DNA of 64,000 bases from an uncultured Verrucomicrobiae bacterium (GCA_963828525.1 CAWHEP010000008.1:506445-570444), one strand, 5' to 3'. Numbered from the stretch's first letter, positions 8,703 to 19,289 are shown. The notes: generated by a model not told the origin, from the letters alone. Numbers and translations are program-made.

Positions 8703-10360
8703 CTAAGGTTCTCGCGGCCCCGCAACATGGCTCGCCGCAGCCCGCCGCAATCCAGAACGTGCTCAAAGCTTCGCTCAATATGCTGGCCTCGTCTGCGCAG
8801 CAGGCTCTTTCCGGATTCGCTCTTCACCGCGCATCGCGCGCGTCGAAGCACGGCGAGCTTGGTTTCGGGCAGGTTCTCGCGTCGCCGGTTGCGCTGCGGG
8901 TCAGTGATGACAGTCCTTATCGCGCACTCTTGCATGTCCCCAACTTCATCGAGCGCGAAATACCCCTTGTCCGCCGTGATGCTAACACCCGGCTTGTTGA
9001 TCTCAACCGCCGGTATCATCGTGTGCAGCGTCGCCACGGCCTCCAAAACCTTCCCGCTCAAGTCCTCCGTATCGGCCTGATCGCCCGGCATGATCTCCGC
9101 CTGCACGATGATCCCGGTGTCCAAGTCCACCGTATGTTCGGGCTTGTAGGTCATGTCCGTTGCACCGTCCTTGGTCTTGCCCACCTTCGCGTCGGGGTCG
9201 TGCGGATTGACCCACTCCTTGTTGCTTGTCTTACGCCCCGGGCGCTTCATGTCAAAGCGGCGAACCGCCGCCGGGTCTTGCTCGTCCACTCCAGCGTCTT
9301 TGGCCAGGCGTTTGACATACTCCCAGTAAGCCTCCTCCGTGTTGCGATTGACCAGGCTCCGCAGGCTGGCGTTGGCCTCGATCACGCTGCTGTCTATCCC
9401 CAGATTGCGCCCCTTCAGGAGCCCTTGGGCGCGCATCGCTTTCAGTATTAACTCAAACACCCCTTGGTAAATATCCGTTCCAAGGCGCTGCCGGATCACC
9501 GTTAGGCTCGAATGCTCCGGAGTCGGCTCGCTCAAGCTGTATCCCAGGAAGCTGCGCACGCTCAGAGAGACGGCGCATCGCGACGCGATCGCCCGCTCGC
9601 TTTCCAACCCCTCGAAGAAGCCGACCATCAGCATCTTGAGATAGACCACCGGATCAATGCCCTGGCCGCCCTCCCTCGGATACGCCTGCATAAGCGGGCT
9701 TGCACAATTCATATACCCTCTCAGCAAAGCCGATCTCTTCCAACTTTCGGTCTACAAGCTCATAGAAGCGGCTTGGCGTCGCCTTCGGCAACTGGCTCGT
9801 CGCTATCCAGAACTCCGACTGCTTTTCTTTCTTCCGTCGTTGTTCAAACACGACTCCATTTTTACACCAAGCACCCGTTGCAAAACGAGGCGTTTTCAAC
9901 AGTGCTAAGATGAACGCGGGCGAGCCGTTTATGCCCTTAAGCTCGGTATAAATTGCATAGGAACCCACGGGTATAGGCCCCTTGTTGTTATCTTTCATGT
10001 GAGAAGGAATATCATCGCCTGAGTGGAGGTCTGTCCAAGGGGTGTTGGTACCGATGGTTAGTGTTTTCTTCGTTATGTTGTAGGTAGCGTCTACATCAAG
10101 GCCGACCGGGTCCAGTTCGCTGGTGGGAGTCGAGCTGTAGCGTTAATTATTTGCCCCATCGGGAAACCCGCTCGGATCCGCCGTCGTCCAGCGGTTCCAT
10201 GTTTCCCGCCGCGTCGTACCAAGGGCCGTTACTCTGGGGAAGTGACATTTGTCAGGCGATCGTACAGCATCGTGAACGGCCATGGAAGCGGTGTCAAGGA
10301 TTGGGATGAGGCACGTTGAAGCTCCGACCAGCGCTATCCAGTCGCTTGTTCTTCCCTCTT

Positions 10361-11133
10361 CCTTGGCGTTCTTTGCGCCTTGGCGTGAGGTCTCTTCTTC
10401 TTTGCCTTTTCCGAGGGATGGGTAACAGAGGGAAAATCCTCACGCAAAGCCGCAAAGTTCGCAAAGGAAGACGAAGAAGTGGTGCTCAGAGTGACGTCTT
10501 CCCACGAGCGCAGGGCACGCGCTCATGCGCGGGACGAAGACCCTTGGCGTGACGCCACTTCATCTCACCGGTTTCGCGCGTCACAGCGTGATTTCTTCCT
10601 CTGGCAGGCCGTTGGCCACTCGCTTGATGCCTTGTTTCAGAAGGAATTCGCCGAAATTTATCAGCAGGCCGAGTTTCCGCCCACTCAATCGCAAGTGTGT
10701 AAGCAACTGTTTCCCGTGGATCGGTAACAAGCTGCCAATTGATTTTAACTCCACGATCACCAGGCCCTCGACTAGCAGGTCAGCGCGGAAGCCTTCGTCG
10801 AAGGTGATCCCTTCGTAGTTGATCGGAATCGGCACTTCACGATCCACCTTGAGACCCCGCGCGCAGTTCATGCGCGAGAACAACGGAGTAAACGGTTTCG
10901 AGCAATCCTGGGCCGAGCCTGGAATGGACCTGGATGGCCGCGTCAACCACAACCGTTGCGATATTGTTCTCGTTCACTGGATTCAAAACGATGCGGGCAT
11001 GCCCCTCCTCCCTTCTTCCTTTGCGTTCTTTGCGCCTTGGCGTGAGGCCTCTTCTTCTTACTTCACTCCCGCGCAATGCTCCCCCAGAGAAGCAATGAGG
11101 AATTCTCACGCAAAACCGCAAAGCTCGCAAAGG
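10361..11133. repeat. Two REP-like inverted-repeat pairs flanking the GxxExxY gene
   Basis: GCGTTCTTTGCGCCTTGGCGTGAGG near 10366 and 11023, each followed by a complementary CTCACGCAAA(G/A)CCGCAAAG..CGCAAAGG near 10439 and 11105. Confidence 0.7.
10581..10977 (-). pseudogene. GxxExxY protein (PD-(D/E)XK-like), frameshift near 10860
   Basis: MNENNIATVVVDAAIQVHSRLGPGLLETVY, then shifted GLKVDREVPIPINYEG...FRADLLVEGLVIVELKS...QLLTHLRLSG.KLGLLINFG. Confidence 0.85.
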
Positions 11134-11145
11134 AAAACAAAGACG

Positions 11146-11520
11146 ATCGAGTGGGCACCCTACGAGCAGGACCCTTATGCCGGGCTCGGGATATCGTTGG
11201 ATTTCAGCGGTTTGCCAGCCCTTGCGGAAGGTAGTACATGGGGAATCGTCCAGATGGAAAGTACAAACGGAGCTCCAGTCAAAACACAATGGACATTAGA
11301 CGACGGCGCGAGTCCAACTTCCCCGCTTGTTCCTGGTATATCCAGCAGCAGCAATAGTCTCACCTACGGCGACTCTCCCAACAGGCAAATCACGGAAGCG
11401 ACGAATGGAACCGTGGTCTCGTGGGAGGCGCAGACATTCCTTGTTCAACTCTACAGTGATAAAGATACAAAAATCGTTAATTTTTATGACGGCGTCGACT
11501 GGAAGTGGAAGCTGGAATGA
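11146..11520 (+). pseudogene. Orphan toxin C-terminal fragment, locus family B
   Basis: LPALAEGSTWGIVQ...GDSPNR...VSWEAQTFLV...DGVDWKWKLE* resembles the C-terminus of 22043-22937 (LPALSNGQEFGWMQ...YDRSSR...VTWKGSLYLV...GGISWGYTIE*). Confidence 0.65.
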
Positions 11521-12182
11521 GACTCTACATTGCCAACCGTGTCCCGGATGTTGTAATACGCTTGGTGACGCGGTTCAGAAGCCAAATGGTTATGGCCGTG
11601 ATATCTCTCGCCTGTCATGCGGCGCCTATTCCGAAAACTTCCACCGCGACCCTGGACGGAGCGACGGTTAGCCTTGAGGTAAAACCACAAAGATGGGTTA
11701 TTCCGTCCCTCAAAGAACGCGACGATATCACGTTCGCTGTCAAGATTACCAATACGTCAGATAGGCAAAAGAGAATTGCAAATTGGTTTAACATGTCCCC
11801 GCTTCTCAAAACAAAAGGCGGACCACTGTTAGAGGAACTGGGCGGCGCGGATAATAACCCGCCCCCAACGCTACGAAATTACCCAATCGTGGCTCCAGGA
11901 ACCTCTCTCCAACTGCGGAAGGGCGGCGCCTTGTTCTGGCAAGACGGAAAGCTGACATTTTGCTTTTGGGATGGCGGGATATTTCATTATTACTACAACC
12001 TGAGACCGGGTCACTATCAGTTCGCCTTGAGATACGAAATGTCCCTCTCGGCGCACGATGAAGGGATGGCAAGGAATCAGTACATGAGAAAGATTCTCGG
12101 AACTCAGGCGAAGGAATTACTTGTCGGGGTGGCAACGACTTCCTTCTCTGACATAGAAGTCACCTCGATGGAGCACAGATAA
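11517..12182 (+). CDS. Putative immunity protein, locus family B
   Basis: ATGA overlap with the toxin fragment; W.DG.LTF.FWDGG..HY.Y...PG.Y..ALRY shared with the second domain of 22934-24127. Confidence 0.7.
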   Translation: MRLYIANRVPDVVIRLVTRFRSQMVMAVISLACHAAPIPKTSTATLDGATVSLEVKPQRWVIPSLKERDDITFAVKITNTSDRQKRIANWFNMSPLLKTKGGPLLEELGGADNNPPPTLRNYPIVAPGTSLQLRKGGALFWQDGKLTFCFWDGGIFHYYYNLRPGHYQFALRYEMSLSAHDEGMARNQYMRKILGTQAKELLVGVATTSFSDIEVTSMEHR

Positions 12183-12223
12183 AGAAGTGCTCAGAATGAC
12201 CGGCTCTTGAAATGGAGACGCGG

Positions 12224-12369
12224 TGCATTGTCACAACTCAAATGGCGGCAGTAGGCAACGTTTTCAAGAATACGATATACGATAAAGCGAAAACGTATGA
12301 CATCACGAGTTCAGACGGGTCGTCTTCAAAGGAGAGTTCCTCTTAGGCACTCTCAATGTGACGGAGTAG
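12224..12369 (+). pseudogene. Tlde1-like toxin 3' stub
   Basis: CIVTTQMAAVG... then EFLLGTLNVTE*, the same C-terminal signature as the other Tlde1-like copies; 2 bp before a family A gene. Confidence 0.55.
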
Positions 12370-12371
12370 TT

Positions 12372-13286
12372 ATGCAGAGCTACCTGTTGGCGTGCTGTTT
12401 AGTCGTCTTCGCTGCGTTCCCTTTGACCGCGGGGGCCAAACATGTCTCTGCGTCCTCTACCCAATCGGATTGGGAATCCATATTCGCGCAGGAGTATTCT
12501 AATTGGTTTCTTCAGAGCAGCCAGGGGGGGCTCATAAGCGCCCTGGGGGAAGGCGGTTCGGCTACGCGGCATCTCTGGCCCAGCCTACGAGCAGCAGCTG
12601 AGAAGTTACCTGTCGCGCAGAAAGCGCGCCTGGTCGTTTCAATGGGGCTGGGACTGCCATTCGACGGAGAGTCGGCGGAATGCTTCGGTGACTTTCTCGG
12701 GTCGGATAACAAGGAAGTCGCGAAAAGGCTTCAGACGCTCGACGACGAGGATCTTCAGGAGTTCTGTCGTTCGATGGGCTACCTTTCCGATATCAACGAT
12801 GATCGCGTTGCTTTTCTGAAGAGGAAACTCTCATCTTGGGCGAACGGCGTTGTTTACACTGTTGGAAGTCCCAAAGGTAATAGCGAAGACGCTCGAATGG
12901 CGCCGGGGGCCTCGGAATGCGAGTCAGTGTTCATGGAGTTCTATAACCGCTGCTTCTATAAAAGCGCCGGATCGAGGCTCCGGAGGGTCTTGGGCCTGGA
13001 TGAAGCGAGATCGAGCATCAGCGTGTCCACGCTCGCCGGGCGGACGCGCGGGCTTCCAGTCGAACAAAAGTGCCGCCTGACGCTGCTCCTCTGGCTGGCC
13101 CTTCCTTTGGATCTGGAGCTAAAGGAACATTACGGCGCGTTTCTCGGAGACGAAAAGGCGCGGGTAGGACAAAGGTTGGGACGGCTAAGCGTCACCGTGA
13201 TCGGCAGAATTTGCGCCGCGATGGGCTATCCAAAGGAACGGGGGTCGGCTTTACTGCGTTACGCAAGAAATTGGAGCTGCAAGTGA
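12372..13286 (+). CDS. Immunity family A protein with two tandem domains
   Basis: Signal peptide MQSYLLACCLVVFAAFPLTAGA; the motif LPV.QK.RL....L.LP.D.E..E.(F/Y)G.FLG.(D/E)...V..RL..L occurs twice. Confidence 0.7.
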   Translation: MQSYLLACCLVVFAAFPLTAGAKHVSASSTQSDWESIFAQEYSNWFLQSSQGGLISALGEGGSATRHLWPSLRAAAEKLPVAQKARLVVSMGLGLPFDGESAECFGDFLGSDNKEVAKRLQTLDDEDLQEFCRSMGYLSDINDDRVAFLKRKLSSWANGVVYTVGSPKGNSEDARMAPGASECESVFMEFYNRCFYKSAGSRLRRVLGLDEARSSISVSTLAGRTRGLPVEQKCRLTLLLWLALPLDLELKEHYGAFLGDEKARVGQRLGRLSVTVIGRICAAMGYPKERGSALLRYARNWSCK

Positions 13287-13317
13287 CCCGCCGCGTTCTT
13301 GAAGCGGTCCCCTCTAA

Positions 13318-13422
13318 GAGACTGTTGAAGACTGGGGCATGCCGCGCGAGAGCAATTTGGGGCGTATGGCAAGGCGCGAGCGACGCGCATACCCGCTGCG
13401 GTCTGTAAGGAGCGAGCAACGC
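13318..13422 (+). mobile_element. Truncated MITE-like element sharing the IS1182-like end
   Basis: CTAA (13314-13317) followed by GAGACTGTTGAA, identical to the IS terminus and target; no transposase and no right end found. Confidence 0.5.
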
Positions 13423-13429
13423 TGGCAAC

Positions 13430-14089
13430 CCCACGAGCGAATTCGACCCGATGGGACTATTCTACGGTGGCTCCAGCTACGGGCCTTTCAAGTACGGAGC
13501 AGGAAGTTCAATAACGGACGAGGCTGCATGGAATTTAGGCAAGAGCCCGGTAGGAACATTCTTGGTTGGTATAGGAACTCTCGGTCATAAGGCTATGAGC
13601 GTTGCGGATGGTTCAGCCGGCCTGACGCAGTGGACGCTGACAAGCGACGAAGATCAGACTGCAAAGAGTCTGAGCGATTCAAACGGAACGTATAACAACA
13701 AAAGCGATCCGAGCGATCCGTTAAATGGCGAAAGTATTAAGGACTACGTTTCGGGCAATCTGGATCGCAGTTTCGATGGGACCCGTGACGGAAGCGGAAA
13801 CTATTCCCTTTCGGCAAATTTCTTGCAGGCGCAGGGAACTGATGGGTATTGGGCGTTTGGAAACTCAGTCCTCAGCTTCTCGGGGGAGTATAGCATTACG
13901 AACGGAAATCTTGGCTGGAACGCAACTATCAGCCTTTCGGATACCTTCACTTTTTCTCCCTATAAAGATCTCTCGGGAAGCTGGACCTCTGCCACCGGAA
14001 CCTCTTACAGACTCCAAGACAGTGGCTTCATTAACCCCTTTAGCACGTCGGCGACCTGGAATGAGTTGTTTACGACTCGTACAGAGTGA
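13430..14089 (+). pseudogene. Orphan Rhs C-terminal toxin, locus family C
   Basis: Begins PTSEFDPMGL (Rhs cleavage motif); ends YRLQDSGFINPF..., similar to 15577-16176 and 27477-27951. Confidence 0.7.
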
Positions 14090-14751
14090 GACTGCGAAGA
14101 AGCGAGGCAGCTCGCGGATTCTGGGGTGCTTCCTGTGACTCGAGGGCTGCGATCTCTGATTGCCCAGCATCCATGAGAAGGCTGGCAGTTATTTCAACTC
14201 TGTGTATTCTATTAACCGCGGTCCTGTGTCTGTTGACCCCGGTGGGCGCAAGTGTATTCCGGGCCGTAGGGTTACGACAAATGCTTCCCTTCGCTCCGCT
14301 GGTCAAGGAGTTCCCGTCCCGCGATGGGAAAGTTATTCTGATAATTGCCTACGGTGATTTCGATGTTGAAATCTTCGCCCGGAAGCGGGCCGCAGAGTCC
14401 GTGGTTTACGTTTACTCCATAGCCTACGGACACGAAAAGGGCATGTTCCCCCTGGTGTTAAGCGCGGACGAGAGAAATCTTCTTCTCCTGCGCCCGAGCT
14501 CCACGGGTATCTCCTCAAGCCTCGTTGCGGGCGGCATCTCGTTGTCGACGGGCGCGTCCTGGCTGGCCTCAGACTATGACGAGAGTCGGAGGAACGCATC
14601 AGTGGATTCCATCGTGCGTCGGTTCGGAGGATGCGGCGAGTTAATGCTGGACCAACCAAAGTTCTCCGAGGGCTTTATGCGGGCAACAGCGGTAGACTAC
14701 TTTACAGCGTCCATTTTGACGGCCGCCAAGAAGCGATCTTTGGGCCGGTAG
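14086..14751 (+). CDS. Putative immunity protein (start possibly ATG 14173)
   Basis: GTGA overlap with the toxin stop; hydrophobic MRRLAVISTLCILLTAVLCLL. Confidence 0.55.
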   Translation: MRLRRSEAARGFWGASCDSRAAISDCPASMRRLAVISTLCILLTAVLCLLTPVGASVFRAVGLRQMLPFAPLVKEFPSRDGKVILIIAYGDFDVEIFARKRAAESVVYVYSIAYGHEKGMFPLVLSADERNLLLLRPSSTGISSSLVAGGISLSTGASWLASDYDESRRNASVDSIVRRFGGCGELMLDQPKFSEGFMRATAVDYFTASILTAAKKRSLGR

Positions 14752-14805
14752 CCCGTGGCGATTCGCGGACACCGATGCCGGCAAATAAACATGATGCTGA
14801 GGCAC

Positions 14806-15560
14806 TAAGAATGCGCGGACAGGGCTGTCCGGCTAAAGGATGGAAGTGGCGTTTCGCCCCCGCGAAGGAAGAGAAGCAGATTTGGGGGATGCTACTGACG
14901 AGGGGTTTAGGTGAAGAGCTTGCGTAGAGGGACGGACGGCTCGGCGAGGCGGTGGGAAATGGCTTGTGAGCATGGCGGACGTCTCGCGGGACGGACGCCT
15001 CGGCGAGGCATTCCTATCCTGCATGCGATACGCAATCGTCTCCGAAGTTGCACTTCGTCCCGCTCTCTCCGCTCTCCCCCCTCTCCGGGCCTCTGCGTCT
15101 CGGCGTTTAAAATCCCCCTCTTCCGTCACACGCCTGGCGGTCTTCGCGCGCGCCCCTCCCCCAGGCTTCCCCGCCCTCTGCGGGAATTGTGTTCACTAAG
15201 TGTTTGTAACTGTGTGTATGTGTTTGTAACCGCACCCATTGTGTTCTTTTTGCTTTTCCCTTGCGGTAGGCGTAAACCTACTCGCATGAACAAAACATAT
15301 CGGGTTAAAAGAGTGGCGGCGGGATTCTCTCTCGCTGGTGGTATTTGGAATCGCGGGCGCTCACGGCGGTGAAGCGGATCATCCGCTCATGAACGGCAAG
15401 CTCCGGGTCACGACGTTATCGCCCGAGGAGATACGCTATACCGGCAAACCTTATAGCAAGGCGCTGGGCGCGTATGTATTCAATGCGCGTCGCTTACGAC
15501 GCGACGACCAGCCGATGGACCGACTTCAGATCCGAGCGGGTTTCCGGATGGGGCGAATGG
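14806..15560 (+). repeat. Conserved cassette leader repeat (REP-like palindromes, promoter region, signal peptide and Rhs core)
   Basis: Near-identical to 25585-26310 and, in part, 30025-30590; shorter versions at ~19215-19600 and ~21935-22320. Confidence 0.9.
15250..15278 (+). promoter_or_regulatory. Candidate sigma70-type promoter of mini-Rhs cassette
   Basis: TTGCTT-17 nt-TAAACC, then 7 nt to ATG 15286. Confidence 0.45.
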
Positions 15561-16176
15561 GCACATCTACGCTGCCGTGCCGACATCTCAATTCGACAAA
15601 AGCGGCCAGAACATAGGTTATACGTATAGAAATGGGGTGGCGTATGGGGTTGGAACTAACTATCGCGGGGTCGTCGGTGACATAGCGTACTGGAACGGTG
15701 CTGAGGCGGCCGCTTTGGGCGGGATTGCGGCCGAGGCACTACAACACGCGGAAATCGGTGATGTGAGCAGCGGCAACTGGCACTTATCTTCTGATGAAGC
15801 TGATCGCGTAAAGACGTCCAACCTATTTCAGAACAAGATTCATCAGGTGATTCAGAATTATCTGGGTAAGCACTTGAGCCAAGGCGATGATGATCTTTCC
15901 GTGCCGATGGGCAAAAAGGCTTTTTCAATAACCGACCCACTTCTGTACACCGCCTTCCACAGCCTCGACTTTAGCGTCGACGGAACGGCAACGTTCGACG
16001 GCCAAAATAAGTGGACCTTCGATGGAACTGTACTTCTCACCAAATGGTGGTCGTTTTCTAATTATTCCGGCACAACGCAGCACATGTGGAATAGAGTCGG
16101 CTCTCGGTTACAGACCAACGGCTGGATCGCCCCTTATTTTGTAACCGGACAGTTTGACGATAAGTGGAAAGAATAG
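15286..16176 (+). pseudogene. Signal-peptide mini-Rhs toxin, family C (several frameshifts in the 5' part)
   Basis: MNKTYRVKRVAA.../VFGIAGAHGGEADHPLMNGKLRVTTLSPEEIRYTGKPYSKALGAYVFNAR/...DPSGFPDGANGHIYAAVPTSQFDKSGQ plus ~190 aa ending GSRLQTNGWIAPYFV...WKE*. Confidence 0.8.
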
Positions 16177-16835
16177 TGGCAAGTTTCGACTTCCGCAGGA
16201 AGCTGTATTCCATGGGATTGGGCGTTCTCCTGTGTGTCGCGATCTTGCGGTTTGGAAAATCAGAAGCCATAATAGAAGTAGACCAGACAATCGGGTTGGT
16301 TTGCCCTATTCTGACGACCTATGGGCGATTGAATTTCGCAATAAGCAAGAGAAGCCCTTTTCTGACAAGAATGTGTCTCGCAGAAGGAGCAGATCCCAAT
16401 GGACGGGGGTTGGAGCTCGATACCCCGCTCATGGAGGCGTGTCAGGATGAAGAGGACTTTGATATCGTAGCCTTACTCATCGAGGGAGGAGCTGATCCAA
16501 ACCTGCAGGATGTTGATGGGTATACCGCCCTTATGTTTGCAACCAGTGCTTCGTCCACAAGGACGGTGAAACTGCTTCTGGACCACGGGGCGAACATCAG
16601 CTTGAAAGTGCATGGCAAAGATCCAAGGGGCGAAGGTGAAGACGAAGGATATACGGCGCTCCTGTTTGCATGTCGGAATGGGGATGTCGACATAGTGAAA
16701 CTCTTGATGGAGCGAGGCGCAAATCCAGGTGAGACAAATCGCCGCGGACTTGATGCTCTAGAGATTGCGCGAAGAGCGGAGAGCAGGAAGGTCGTTACGT
16801 ATTTAGAACAGCTCTCGTCCTCCGAGAAGGATTGA
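16164..16835 (+). CDS. Ankyrin-repeat putative immunity protein
   Basis: GADPN...TPLMEAC...LLIEGGADPNLQDVDGYTALMFA...GYTALLFACRNGDVDIVKLLMERGANP; directly after the toxin gene. Confidence 0.85.
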   Translation: MERIVASFDFRRKLYSMGLGVLLCVAILRFGKSEAIIEVDQTIGLVCPILTTYGRLNFAISKRSPFLTRMCLAEGADPNGRGLELDTPLMEACQDEEDFDIVALLIEGGADPNLQDVDGYTALMFATSASSTRTVKLLLDHGANISLKVHGKDPRGEGEDEGYTALLFACRNGDVDIVKLLMERGANPGETNRRGLDALEIARRAESRKVVTYLEQLSSSEKD

Positions 16836-16853
16836 GAGCGCGTTTCGAAGCCA

Positions 16854-17171
16854 ATGATCTTACGCCCGTTGCGCACATTCCTCATCCACTCGTCGCTTTT
16901 CATTCTCACTTCCCATGCGCATTCGGAAACCATACAACTTGGGCGGATTGTTCAACACGTGGAGGACGCCCAGCGGCACGGAGTCTGTCGTGTGTATATT
17001 CTGAGTTTCGGCGAGCCTTCCAAGCCCGCGTTCTTCGGCGAAATGGATGCGCAGAACTTTGGGGACTTCTTGGTGGAAGAGTCCATGACTAGAGGTTCAT
17101 GGAACATCGCATTTTCATTTGATATATGTAAACGAGGCTCACAGGTGGACGACCCCGCAAATCGCTCATGA
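16854..17171 (+). CDS. Hypothetical exported protein (possibly a truncated immunity gene)
   Basis: Signal-like N-terminus; its first ~45 nt recur near 24983; stop overlaps the ATG of the next cassette. Confidence 0.4.
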   Translation: MILRPLRTFLIHSSLFILTSHAHSETIQLGRIVQHVEDAQRHGVCRVYILSFGEPSKPAFFGEMDAQNFGDFLVEESMTRGSWNIAFSFDICKRGSQVDDPANRS

Positions 17172-17915
17172 ACGGGAAGCTCCGGGTCACGACCTTGTCT
17201 CCGGAGGAGATACGATATACGGGCAAGCCCTATAGCAGGGCCCTTGGCGCGTATGTGTTCAATGCCCGCGCTTATGATGCGGCAACGAGCCGATGGACCA
17301 CGCCAGACCCGAGCGGGTTTCCGGACGGGGTGAATAACCGTGTTTATGCGGCGACGCCCACTTTCCAGATGGATGCAGACGGTCTGATCGTTATTGGGAT
17401 TTACGGAATGGGGAATATGCAAGGCAACGACACGCAAGGAAACGCTGATATGGACGCAATCGCGAGTTCAACAAAAGCTACGATGTACTTCCGTGATCAG
17501 AAGTCCGCGATGAAGAAAGCCATAGCTGCAGCAAGAAAAAGCGATCCAAAGACGCCCGTAATCATCTATGGTTACAGCCGCGGCGGGGTGGCTGCCGTCG
17601 AAGTGGCGAAGCAATTAAAGGATGTAGCAGGTTCCTGCTGTATAGACCTGCTCGGTACTCATCGACGCTGTTCGAGTGCTGGGGAATCCTTCTCTGACAG
17701 TCCCGGACAACGTCGATAAGGAGTTCAACTATTATCAGAAAAATGGCGGCCCATTTGCCGGGACGGCGATCACCAATCCGAGCGCGGACTACGGTAACAC
17801 CGACGTATCAGCCACCGCCGGAATGACGCACAACACAATAGTTGGCGACCAAAAGCAGACAGTTGTCACAGAAATCAACAGCGCCAACCACGAACGCTCA
17901 AGCAGCTGCGAATGA
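17168..17915 (+). pseudogene. Mini-Rhs toxin lacking signal peptide, alpha/beta-hydrolase (lipase-like) domain, frameshift near 17650
   Basis: Core MNGKLRV...PTFQMDADGL, then VIIYGYSRGG (GxSxG), VLIDAV and MTHNTI as candidate Ser-Asp-His triad. Confidence 0.75.
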
Positions 17916-18313
17916 AAAGGCGCGCGCGATCCAAGATCTTTGCCGCGCTATTTACCTTGTTCTGTTGCGGGTGCGCGCATGAAGCAACACGGGAGGTTTC
18001 GGGCATGCTGCGATACAGCAAAGGCCGAAGGCCTGCCGCGGGCATTCCCTTGCAACTGGAGTTTTCGAAAACCTATCCGAACATCTTGGCGGCCTTTTAT
18101 ATGCCTTCGCCCACGGTTCTCGCGCGCGCGGTCACCGCTTCAAACGGGCATTTCGATTTCAAGGTACATTGCGATGGAATCCTCGTCATAACGCCGCAAG
18201 TCTATAAGCACTGGCCGCTGTTCCGCGTGGAAGATTTGACCGACAAGACTCTCCCAGGGCATGCCGAGACGCCGAAACGGTTCCGCGCGGGATACCCAGG
18301 GCAAGGAGGGTAG
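17912..18313 (+). CDS. Putative lipoprotein immunity protein
   Basis: ATGA overlap with the toxin; lipobox-like LFCCGC. Confidence 0.6.
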   Translation: MKRRARSKIFAALFTLFCCGCAHEATREVSGMLRYSKGRRPAAGIPLQLEFSKTYPNILAAFYMPSPTVLARAVTASNGHFDFKVHCDGILVITPQVYKHWPLFRVEDLTDKTLPGHAETPKRFRAGYPGQGG

Positions 18314-18337
18314 GTTTGCAGGACGGACGCCCTGGCT

Positions 18338-18885
18338 TTGAAGACTGTTGAAGAGTTGGGGCGTATCGCGTTGATTCCGCCTTGTGACTTGTCCCAGGCG
18401 CAGAGGGGGTATACCCGCTGCTCGCCCTCCCCTCGAACCGCCTCGATTCCCAACCTCCTCCGGGCGGTGTCTGCGGCAGTGTTCGGTCTTTTGACCCTAT
18501 CCGCGTGCCAGACTATTCACCGCGAAATCTCAGGCGTTTTGCTCTCCAGCGCGGGGATGGAAAGGGCCGCAAACGTGCCACTCAAAGTAGAGGCATCACG
18601 GACTTATCCCACTTTCATGGCGGCGTTTATAATGCCTCTCCGCCGGTGGTCGGTGTCATGCGCACCGACTCACAGGGTCGATTTGAGGTAAATGTGAGAA
18701 CTGCGCGTTTTCTTGTGCTAACGACCCAGAACTATAGAGACGTTGGGTTGTATCGGGTAGTCCAACTTAGAGATGTCCATCCCTCGGCAAAGGTTGATCT
18801 GCGCGAGGGGCGCTCCGTCGTTTATGAGGGCGCTTTCCTGGGGGAGACGAACAAAAAGACAGGAATACCAGCGGCAACAGAATGA
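18338..18885 (+). pseudogene. Paralog of the preceding lipoprotein immunity gene (frameshift near 18640)
   Basis: LLTLSACQTIHREISGVL...AANVPLKVEASRTYPTFMAAF.MP parallels GCAHEATREVSGML...AAGIPLQLEFSKTYPNILAAFYMP. Confidence 0.6.
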
Positions 18886-19289
18886 AAAGGCGTGGCGCCC
18901 CAACCAGGCTGATCCCGAATGCAGCGCGCTCGAAGCCTCAGCCTGGAAAGCAGGCCACCGCGGTGATGAGTACCCGTGGCAAAAGGCGGAAAAACGCCGT
19001 TTGCTCTGACTTATCCACCGGGATAATCGGCCGCCTATAAATGGAGATGCGCGAGACTTCTCCGCCGATTCCTCGTCGAAACTCTGCCTGTCCGCACATA
19101 AGTGACAAAGCGGGGGGCAGGTGGACCAAGCGGAGATGGCTTCAGCGGCATACTGTCGACAGTAACACCCTTGGGTAGATGCCACTGCGAGGCAACAAAC
19201 CCTCCATCACGCGCCAACGCGGGAATTGCGTTCCCTATGTGTTTCTAACTGTTCCCTATGTGTCTCAAAGCGTACCTATTCTGTTCTCT

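Larger units (their letters stand above)
6958..9904 (-). mobile_element. IS1182-like insertion sequence, outer copy (transposase disrupted by inner copy)
   Basis: Ends CAGACTGTTGAA (6958) and TTCAACAGTG (9904), flanked by CTAA at 6954-6957 and 9905-9908; ~1470 bp once the inner copy is removed; DUF772-like IDPVVYLKMLMVGFFEG..SER and DDE motifs (IDSS, ADKGY, IERSF). Confidence 0.85.
6679..10196 (-). pseudogene. Mini-Rhs Tlde1/DUF2778-like toxin, 5'-truncated, interrupted by nested IS and a TAA
   Basis: RWTTADPSGFPDGANN*RYSSTPTSELDPVGL...KGPIPVGSYAIY...AFIL (to 9905) resumes at 6954 as DPNDNQKL...GRFAFRIHVGTSTQTQGCIV...GTLTVSE*; the frame is continuous across the TTAG target duplication. Confidence 0.8.
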
